Assembly: GCA_902772845.1 (NCBI GenBank)
Contig: CACYCI010000018.1
Location: forward strand, 2,305 to 66,304
DNA: 64,000 nucleotides
From: an uncultured Ruminococcus sp.
Lineage (GTDB): Bacteria > Bacillota > Clostridia > Oscillospirales > CAG-382
Direction: 5' to 3'
Part shown: positions 57,298 through 64,000 of the stretch, in pieces
How the letters are laid out: every line of letters begins with the position of its first letter
Numbering within the stretch: the stretch's first letter is position 1
Made by a program: the position numbers and the translations under genes
Notes under the pieces: model-generated
Told to the model about the DNA's origin: nothing
The model's input: the letters and a program-made list of their open reading frames with translations, nothing else
Databases searched by the model: none

Positions 57298-59133
57298 ATG
57301 ACTTTGATAAGCGAACTCCGGCGCGACGCTTCCGCGCTCGCCGACCATATAAAGGCGCACAGATACCGCGTGCTGCTCGCGCTGTGCGTGGCGCTGCTCT
57401 GCGTGGTACCGCTGCTGTTTTCGGTGGTGGGGACCGGGCATGATTACGGTTATCATCTCGGGCGGCTCCGCTGCCTTGCCGATAATATTCAACACGGCAA
57501 ATGGTTTTCCGCGGTCTACCATTCCGGCCTGTACGACGCCGGTTACGCTTCGCCCGCGTTTTACGGCGATCTGTTCCTTCATATCCCCGCCGTTCTCGTG
57601 TGCCTGGGGCTTAAGGAAGAGCCCGCCATGCGCGTGTTCTATATGCTCGTGACCGCCGCCTGCGCCATGTCGGCGTTCTGGTGCGCCAAAAAGGCGTTCA
57701 AGGACGAACGCGCCGCGTTCCTCACCTCGCTGTGTTACACTTTTTCGGGGTATTTCTGCACCGATATGCTGGCGCGCGCGGCAATAGGCGAAATGCAGTC
57801 GTTCGTATTTCTGCCGCCGGTGCTTTACGGCTTTTACAATATAGTTTTCGGCGATCGCAGGCACTGGTACTGTCTGCCGCTGGGGCTTGCAGGGTGTCTT
57901 GTCAGCCACCTGCTCACTTCCGCCGTTGCGGTCATATTTCTGTTCGTTTTCGCGCTCGTGTTCGCAGTGCGTATCTTCAAAGAAAAACAGCGCCTTTTCG
58001 CGCTGATCAAATCGGCGGGGCTTTTCCTCTGCGTTTCGGCGTTTTTCCTTTTTCCGCTTCTGGAACAGCTTACAAACGCGGAATACGTGGCGACTAACGG
58101 AATGTCCGCGACCCGCTGGGGAACGCTTGCCCGCCGCGCCATGCCCTGGAGCTCCGTGTTTTCGGATTTCTGCCTGGGCAGCGCGCGCACCGGTCTGTGG
58201 ATCCCCAACGGCATAGGGCTTTTCCCCGTGGCGGCGGCGGTCTTTGCCGGAATAAATATCTTCAAAAGCAAACACGTTTCACGCACGGGGGCGGCTTTTT
58301 GCGGAATGGGCGTCTTTACGCTGTTCGTGATCAGCGACCTGTTCCCGTGGAAATCGTTCCAGTCCCTTGCGGGGGGCATGCAGTTCCCGTGGCGCCTGAT
58401 GGTGTTCGCCACGCTGTTTTTTGCGGTGTTCGCGGGCGTAACGGTTAAGAACGCCAAGGGAAAATGGCTTTCCGCCGCCTGCGTCGCGGTCGTTGCGACG
58501 TGTTCGCTGTTTTCGTTCTTTTCGGCGGCGTCGCCTTCGTATTCCAGAATGCTCAAAAACGCGCAGACCGGAACAATTACCACGCCTTCGCGCACTTATA
58601 TAGGCGCGGGCGAATATCTGCCGGTAGATGAAAACACTTTCGCGCTCGATAAAAAGGGAGAGCAAGCAGACGCCGGCACGCTCGTCACCGGAATAAAGTC
58701 CGTTTTCAACAAAAATTCCAAAAAAGCTTTTTCAAATAATCTCGAACAGTCTGCGCTCGTCCTCAAGCGCGGCTACGGAGAACTCACAGTGGAGTTTTCC
58801 GGCAACTCCGCTTCGGACACCTACATAGACCTGCCGCTCGTCAATTACAAGGGGTACGCCGCGTATCTGGACGGCACCGTGCTCAGGACCGGCAACGGCA
58901 CGCTCATTTCCGACGCCACCGTTGACAAAAAGACTTATACGGTCACCTATTCCGGCGCGGTGCGCGTGTATATAGGCAACGTCGAAAGCGGCACCGTCAC
59001 CATCCGTTACGAAGGCACCGCGGTGCAAAAAATATCAAAGATCATAACGCTGTTCACGCTCGTCTGCGCGGTGTGCGTGTTCATTCGCAAAAAAGTCCGC
59101 TCAAGGTCACAAGCGAATACCCCCGCCGCATAA
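57298..59133 (+). CDS. Polytopic membrane protein, YfhO/GT-C-like putative glycosyltransferase
   Basis: 611 aa, >10 TM segments plus a C-terminal soluble domain and final TM. N-terminal loop GHDYGYHLGRL...YASPAFYGDLFLHIP resembles the HDxxxHLxR loop of YfhO-type GT-C proteins. The family call is tentative. Confidence 0.65.
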   Translation: MTLISELRRDASALADHIKAHRYRVLLALCVALLCVVPLLFSVVGTGHDYGYHLGRLRCLADNIQHGKWFSAVYHSGLYDAGYASPAFYGDLFLHIPAVLVCLGLKEEPAMRVFYMLVTAACAMSAFWCAKKAFKDERAAFLTSLCYTFSGYFCTDMLARAAIGEMQSFVFLPPVLYGFYNIVFGDRRHWYCLPLGLAGCLVSHLLTSAVAVIFLFVFALVFAVRIFKEKQRLFALIKSAGLFLCVSAFFLFPLLEQLTNAEYVATNGMSATRWGTLARRAMPWSSVFSDFCLGSARTGLWIPNGIGLFPVAAAVFAGINIFKSKHVSRTGAAFCGMGVFTLFVISDLFPWKSFQSLAGGMQFPWRLMVFATLFFAVFAGVTVKNAKGKWLSAACVAVVATCSLFSFFSAASPSYSRMLKNAQTGTITTPSRTYIGAGEYLPVDENTFALDKKGEQADAGTLVTGIKSVFNKNSKKAFSNNLEQSALVLKRGYGELTVEFSGNSASDTYIDLPLVNYKGYAAYLDGTVLRTGNGTLISDATVDKKTYTVTYSGAVRVYIGNVESGTVTIRYEGTAVQKISKIITLFTLVCAVCVFIRKKVRSRSQANTPAA

Positions 59134-60445
59134 GTTCGGGTATAATGCTTTCCAGCGCCTGCGGCGTGGGACTTTTTCCCGCCACGTAATCATGTAGCAG
59201 CACCACATCGCCTCCATGCACCGCGGAAAGCACCGTCTTCACCACGCTTTCGGCCGGTGGAGAAGCCCAGTCGCGTGCGTCGGTGCGCCAAGACCAAAGC
59301 ACGTATTCAAGTCCCAGCGCGTTCACGCCGCGCGCCGTTTCGGCCCTGTAGCCGCCTCCGGGCGGGCGGAAGAATTTCGGCGTCACGCCAAAGTGCTCTT
59401 TCAAAAAAAGCTGCAGCTTTTCCACGTCTTTCACGTATTCGACATCGCCGCAGTTTTTAAGGTAAACGTGCGAAAAAGTGTGATTGCCTATCTCGTGGCC
59501 TTCGGCTATCATGCGTTCCACCAGCTCGGAGTGTTCCGTTGCGTTCCTGCCTATAACAAAAAACGTGGCTTTTACACCGTACTTTTTCAACACGTCCAGC
59601 ACCAGCGGCGTGTAGAGCGGGTGCGGTCCGTCGTCAAACGTCAGCGCTACCCGTTCCGGGTGCGCGGGGTTGGAACTCAGCGCCGACGAACTGTCCGCGG
59701 CGCACAGTCCCGTACGGGTGTAGAACGCCAGCTCGTCAAGGGTGCCGAACCTGTACCCGCGCGCCTTTATTTCCTTTATCAGGCGGTCGAGTATGGCGGC
59801 GTTCGTGGCGGATGTTGGGTGCAGCAGCAGCACCATCCCGTTGTGCAGGTTGTCGGTTATCTTTTTGTAAGCCCAGTCTTCGTCCTTCTGAGCGGAATCG
59901 TCCCAGTCGGCGTAGGCGAACGACCAGAACACCGGCAGGTATCCTGCGCGGCGGCAGAAATCCAGCGTCTGTTCGCTGAACGCGCCTTCCGGCGGGCGGA
60001 AATATCCGGCCATTTTAAGCCCCGTGTGTTCAGCCAGCGCCTCTTCGCAGCCGCGCAGCTCGCCGCAAAAGGTGTCGTAATCGGTGACCTTCGCCATGTT
60101 GCGGTGCGTGGTCGAATGGTTGCAGATCAGGTCGCCGTATTCAGCCATTTTCAAAAGAACATCCGCATGGGAACGCGCCATTTCCGGCAGAATAAAGAAC
60201 GCGCCGGTCACGCCGTTTTCGTGAAGTATCTCCACTGTGCGCGCCACGTTGCCGTTGTCGTAGCCCGCGTCAAAGGTGAGGTACACGGTCTTTTCTTCGG
60301 GACTTCCCAGGTACAGCGCGCCGTATTCGTCAGGCAGCTTGTCGCCGCCGAAGCAGACCGGCTGTTCGTGGCCGGCGGCCTTGAAATACCAGTTGTATTC
60401 GCCTTTTCCGGCGGAACGCGCGCTCATCAGCATGAATATCGCCAC
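59081..60445 (-). CDS. Polysaccharide deacetylase with two NodB domains
   Basis: YLTFDAGYDNGN...CNHSTTH and ALTFDDGPHPLYT...GNHTFSH. The track start is GTG 60445. The real start is probably ATT 60481 (see findings). Confidence 0.88.
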   Translation of the reverse strand: MAIFMLMSARSAGKGEYNWYFKAAGHEQPVCFGGDKLPDEYGALYLGSPEEKTVYLTFDAGYDNGNVARTVEILHENGVTGAFFILPEMARSHADVLLKMAEYGDLICNHSTTHRNMAKVTDYDTFCGELRGCEEALAEHTGLKMAGYFRPPEGAFSEQTLDFCRRAGYLPVFWSFAYADWDDSAQKDEDWAYKKITDNLHNGMVLLLHPTSATNAAILDRLIKEIKARGYRFGTLDELAFYTRTGLCAADSSSALSSNPAHPERVALTFDDGPHPLYTPLVLDVLKKYGVKATFFVIGRNATEHSELVERMIAEGHEIGNHTFSHVYLKNCGDVEYVKDVEKLQLFLKEHFGVTPKFFRPPGGGYRAETARGVNALGLEYVLWSWRTDARDWASPPAESVVKTVLSAVHGGDVVLLHDYVAGKSPTPQALESIIPELMRRGYSLVTLSGLFCE

Positions 60446-60562
60446 CCCGGCGGCGGCGAGTTTGAAAATAAACCTTTTAATAAAAAATCACCCCGTTCAC
60501 ACATATATTATCGGTTCACGCCGTAATTAAATACAAAGCAAAAAAAGGAAGGAAATTTTGTC

Positions 60563-61735
60563 ATGGATATCCGCGAAGAATCGCTTGCAAAGCATTACGA
60601 ATGGAAAGGAAAGATAGAGATCAAGGCGCGCACTCACGCCAAAAACCGCAAAGAGCTTTCGCTCGCCTACACTCCCGGCGTCGCCGAACCCTGTCTCGAA
60701 ATACAAAAAGACGTTTCAAAATCTTATGAACTCACCCGCCGCTGGAACACCGTGGCCGTCATCACCGACGGCAGCGCCGTGCTCGGGCTCGGCAATATAG
60801 GGCCGGAAGCCGGTATGCCCGTTATGGAAGGGAAATGCCTTCTGTTCAAGGAATTTGCCGATATAGACGCCATTCCGCTCTGCATCCGCAGCAACGACGT
60901 CGACGAGATAATCAACACCGTGCGCCTGCTGTGCGGTTCGTTCGGCGGCGTCAATCTCGAAGACATATCCGCGCCGCGCTGCTTCGAAATAGAAGAAAAG
61001 CTCAAAGCGTGCTGCGATATCCCCATTTTCCACGACGACCAGCACGGCACCGCCGTTATCGTTTCGGCTTCTGTTATCAACGCCTGCAAGGTCACCGGCA
61101 AAAAGCTGGATAAGATATCCGTTGTCATAAACGGCACCGGCGCGGCCGGCACCGCAATAGGCAAAATGTTAAAGAACATAGGCGTTAAAGATATAACCTT
61201 CTGCGACAAAAACGGCGTCCTCTACGAAGGCCGCGAAGATATGACCGACGCGCAGAAGCAGACCGTCATAGGCACAAACAAATCCGGCGTGCGTGGGTAT
61301 CTGAAGGACGCCATGGTCGGCAAGGACGTCGTGATAGGCGTTTCCGTAGGCAACCTTATAAACGAAGAAATGATCAGATCCATGGCAAAAGATCCCATAG
61401 TCTTTGCAATGGCCAACCCCACCCCCGAGATCATGCCCGACAAAGCCAAAGAAGCCGGCGCCGCAGTCGTCGGTACCGGCAGAAGCGATTATCCCAACCA
61501 GATCAATAACGTAATGGCGTTCCCCGGAATATTCCGCGGCGCGCTCGACGCACGCGCTCCGCAGATCACCGAAGGCATGAAGACCGCCGCCGCTTTCGCG
61601 CTGGCAGGGCTCGTTTCCGACGAAGAGCTCAGCGCCGAATACATAATCCCCAACGCTTTCGATCCGCGCGTCTGCCCCGCCGTGGCCAAGGCCGTGTACG
61701 ATCAGGCGATAAAAGAACGCGAGGAAAACAAATGA
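60563..61735 (+). CDS. NAD(P)-dependent malic enzyme
   Basis: 390 aa. LSLAYTPGVAEPC, FHDDQHGTA, VVINGTGAAGTAIGKML. Confidence 0.92.
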   Translation: MDIREESLAKHYEWKGKIEIKARTHAKNRKELSLAYTPGVAEPCLEIQKDVSKSYELTRRWNTVAVITDGSAVLGLGNIGPEAGMPVMEGKCLLFKEFADIDAIPLCIRSNDVDEIINTVRLLCGSFGGVNLEDISAPRCFEIEEKLKACCDIPIFHDDQHGTAVIVSASVINACKVTGKKLDKISVVINGTGAAGTAIGKMLKNIGVKDITFCDKNGVLYEGREDMTDAQKQTVIGTNKSGVRGYLKDAMVGKDVVIGVSVGNLINEEMIRSMAKDPIVFAMANPTPEIMPDKAKEAGAAVVGTGRSDYPNQINNVMAFPGIFRGALDARAPQITEGMKTAAAFALAGLVSDEELSAEYIIPNAFDPRVCPAVAKAVYDQAIKEREENK

Positions 61736-62505
61736 TCATCTGCGTACCGTACGCTTTTCTCATGCGATATCCCGATTCAAACAGCGAACACCTGGACGAT
61801 GTCGTCTACGGCACCGAATGCGAAGTGCTCGACACGCTCGCCGGGTTCTGCCGCGTGCGCACGTCTTACGGCTACCAAGGCTACATCAGGCAGGAGCAGC
61901 TCGCCGAAAAGCTCGCCGAGCCCAACCGCGTAGTCACCGCAAAGTGGGCGGATCTCGTCCGCGACCCCAAGAATTTCCATGCGCCGGAGCTCACGCTTCC
62001 GTTCGGCGCGCTGGTGGACGCGGGTTACCCGCGCGAATACCCCGAATACGCCATGATAGTTTTGCCGGATAAGCGTATGTTCTGGGTGCGTTCAAAGCAC
62101 CTGGGCGCCATACCGGCGCAGACGGACGAACAGACCGCCCGCCGCACGATATGCGAAACGGCGCAGAGCTTTCTGGGCGTGCAGTACCGCTGGGGCGGGC
62201 GCACTCACGCCGGCGTGGATTGCTCCGGGCTGGCGTTCACTTCCTACCGCGCCGCCGGAATAAACGTCTGGCGCGACGCGGATATAGACAAAAACCCGAA
62301 TATGCGCCGCATAGCCAAAGAAGAACTCGCCCCGGGCGATCTGATCTTCTTCCCCGGCCACGTCGCCGTGTATCTGGGGGAAGGCCGTTTCATACACGCT
62401 TCTTCTTCCGCCGCGCAGGTCTGCTATGCTTCGCTCAACAAAGAAGATCCCGAATATAACGAATGGTGCGCAGAGCATATCCTTTGCGCCGCAACGGTGT
62501 TTTAA
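61732..62505 (+). CDS. NlpC/P60 (C40) peptidase with N-terminal SH3-like domain
   Basis: GVQYRWGGRTHAGVDCSGLAF (catalytic Cys), FFPGHVAVYLG (His). ATG overlaps the upstream stop. Confidence 0.87.
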   Translation: MIICVPYAFLMRYPDSNSEHLDDVVYGTECEVLDTLAGFCRVRTSYGYQGYIRQEQLAEKLAEPNRVVTAKWADLVRDPKNFHAPELTLPFGALVDAGYPREYPEYAMIVLPDKRMFWVRSKHLGAIPAQTDEQTARRTICETAQSFLGVQYRWGGRTHAGVDCSGLAFTSYRAAGINVWRDADIDKNPNMRRIAKEELAPGDLIFFPGHVAVYLGEGRFIHASSSAAQVCYASLNKEDPEYNEWCAEHILCAATVF

Positions 62506-63884
62506 TGGAAATATTTGTCAATGCCACGGAAATAGAAAGGCAAAAGAGCATAGCGGAGTCGCTTCGCAGCCGCTTTGCTGCAGAAGGCGCCGAAAAACGC
62601 GTCTTTGCGCGGACGTACGGCTGCCAGCAGAACGAGGCGGACACCGAAAAAATGCTGGGGCTCGCCGCGCTGTGCGGGTATAAAAAAGTCGAAACGCCCG
62701 AAGCCGCCGACCTCATAATCGTCAACACCTGCGCCATACGCGAGCACGCCGAAAAACGCACTTTTTCATGCACCGGGGCGTATAAAAAGCTAAAAGAGCA
62801 AAACCCTTCGCTCATCATACTGTTCTGCGGCTGCATGGCACAGGAACGCGGCGTCGCCGAAAAAATAAAACGCTCGTATCCGTACATAGACGCGGTCGTC
62901 GGCACCGATTCCAACCACCGCCTGCCGCAGATAATAAACGACGTCTTGTGTACGCGCAAACGCTCGTATCATGTAAACGATCTGCCTCACGCGGAATTCG
63001 GCGTGATCGCCGAAGATATACCTTCTTTGCGCGCAAGCGGATACAAGGCGTGGGTGTCGGTGATGTACGGCTGCAACAACTATTGCACTTATTGCATAGT
63101 GCCTTACGTCCGCGGCCGCGAACGCAGCCGCCGTTATGAAGACGTCGTAGCCGAAGTGGGCGGACTTGTGGAAAAAGGGTATAAAGACATCACGCTGCTG
63201 GGGCAAAACGTCAACAGCTATTCGGGCGGCGTAAGCTTTGCAAAGCTGCTCGAAAAATGCGCGTCGTTCGGCGGCGAATACCGTTTGCGCTTTATGACCA
63301 GCCACCCTAAAGACGCTTCCGCCGAGCTCATGGACGTTATGGCCGCGTATCCCAATATTTGCAGCCATTTTCACCTGCCGGTGCAATCCGGCAGCGACAG
63401 GGTGCTTGCGGATATGAACCGCCGCTACACGCGTGAAAGCTATTTGCAAAAGGTCGCGTACCTGCGCGAAAAGATCCCCGGCGTAACGCTCACGTCGGAT
63501 ATAATCTGCGGTTTCCCCGGCGAGACCGAAGCCGATTTCGAGCAGACGCTTTCGCTTATAAGGCAGGTGCGGTTCGATATGCTCTACACGTTCATCTATT
63601 CTCCGCGCCCCGGTACCTCCGCCGCCATGCGTGCGGATCAGATACCTTACGAAGAAAAGCTCCGCAGGTTCGAACAGCTTTCGCAAACGCAGCTTCAGAT
63701 CACCATAGAGCAAAACGAACGTCACGTCGGCAAAACGCTGCGCGTGCTTTCGGAAGGCGAAGGCGCCGCCCGTACCGAAGGCGGAACGCTCGTATCGCTC
63801 GACTCGACGCCGCCGGCCGGGATCTTTGCAGACGCCGTGATCACCGCCGCGCACCCCGCAAATTTAGAAGGCAAGCTTATTTGA
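62505..63884 (+). CDS. miaB: tRNA-2-methylthio-N6-dimethylallyladenosine synthase
   Basis: TYGCQQNEADTE, radical-SAM CNNYCTYC, C-terminal TRAM. ATG 62505 overlaps the upstream TAA by 1 nt. The track's earlier start is rejected. Confidence 0.93.
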   Translation: MEIFVNATEIERQKSIAESLRSRFAAEGAEKRVFARTYGCQQNEADTEKMLGLAALCGYKKVETPEAADLIIVNTCAIREHAEKRTFSCTGAYKKLKEQNPSLIILFCGCMAQERGVAEKIKRSYPYIDAVVGTDSNHRLPQIINDVLCTRKRSYHVNDLPHAEFGVIAEDIPSLRASGYKAWVSVMYGCNNYCTYCIVPYVRGRERSRRYEDVVAEVGGLVEKGYKDITLLGQNVNSYSGGVSFAKLLEKCASFGGEYRLRFMTSHPKDASAELMDVMAAYPNICSHFHLPVQSGSDRVLADMNRRYTRESYLQKVAYLREKIPGVTLTSDIICGFPGETEADFEQTLSLIRQVRFDMLYTFIYSPRPGTSAAMRADQIPYEEKLRRFEQLSQTQLQITIEQNERHVGKTLRVLSEGEGAARTEGGTLVSLDSTPPAGIFADAVITAAHPANLEGKLI

Positions 63885-63909
63885 TCTTACCCGAGAAAGG
63901 ACAACATAC

Positions 63910-64000
63910 ATGAACGACAAAACAGCGAGACTTACCGAAGAATTACGTTCCGCTCTGGCGGAAGAAGAAGCCGTAAAGAATTATCTTGCGGCGAAAGAGG
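63910..64000 (+). CDS. Partial ORF (first 30 codons), possibly a YlbF/YmcA-family regulator
   Basis: ATG 63910 behind GAGAAAGGA. MNDKTARLTEELRSALAEEEAVKNYLAAKE is helical and acidic like YlbF N-termini. Truncated by the window edge. Confidence 0.35.
   Translation, partial: MNDKTARLTEELRSALAEEEAVKNYLAAKE

Overview
Origin-of-replication region (64 kb) of a moderately GC-rich Firmicute chromosome with Clostridia-type gene content (Rnf complex, DUF421/DUF4363 pair, CotH, dockerin). The lineage call is inference only. 1-10 kb: yidC'-yidD-rnpA-rpmH | oriC | dnaA-dnaN-recF-remB-gyrB-gyrA, then an Sfp-type PPTase. 10-27 kb is housekeeping: rplS-lepB-rbgA, an EF-G2-type paralogue, a CarD-like regulator, a pcrA-DUF1015-valS operon, and an orphan histidine kinase with HtrA. 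27-48 kb is the accessory/envelope part. It holds a YD-repeat lipoprotein bracketed by a duplicated htrA 3' end, a Gfo/Idh/MocA oxidoreductase, and radC-dut-nrdR. It also holds a four-gene envelope operon (AlgX/AlgJ-like DHHW lipoprotein, dockerin-CotH protein, GT-C glycosyltransferase, UGM-like flavoenzyme) and a mini ferredoxin:thioredoxin-reductase-like protein coupled to trxA. Finally there is an AT-rich island encoding a 1209-aa LRR + class-3 lipase + RTX-motif membrane-anchored protein, followed by a small anchored protein, a GH78 rhamnosidase and a second CotH lipoprotein. 48-64 kb: rpe, DUF4363/DUF421, apbE-NusG_II-Gx transporter-rnfCDGEAB, a YfhO/GT-C-like membrane protein, a tandem-NodB deacetylase, malic enzyme, an NlpC/P60 peptidase and miaB. 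No rRNA, tRNA, CRISPR array, transposase, integrase or phage gene was recognised. Many long ORF-track entries are codon-aligned antisense shadows of real genes. Several starts were re-assigned (internal ATG, SD-preceded TTG, one probable ATT). rpmH (44 aa) is absent from the track and was found by hand. The best candidates for something undescribed are the four-gene envelope operon (32.5-39.7 kb) and the foreign-composition LRR-lipase-RTX gene heading the next operon (40.3-48.4 kb). Non-coding coordinates were hand-counted and may be off by a few nt. All family calls are motif recognition, not database searches.
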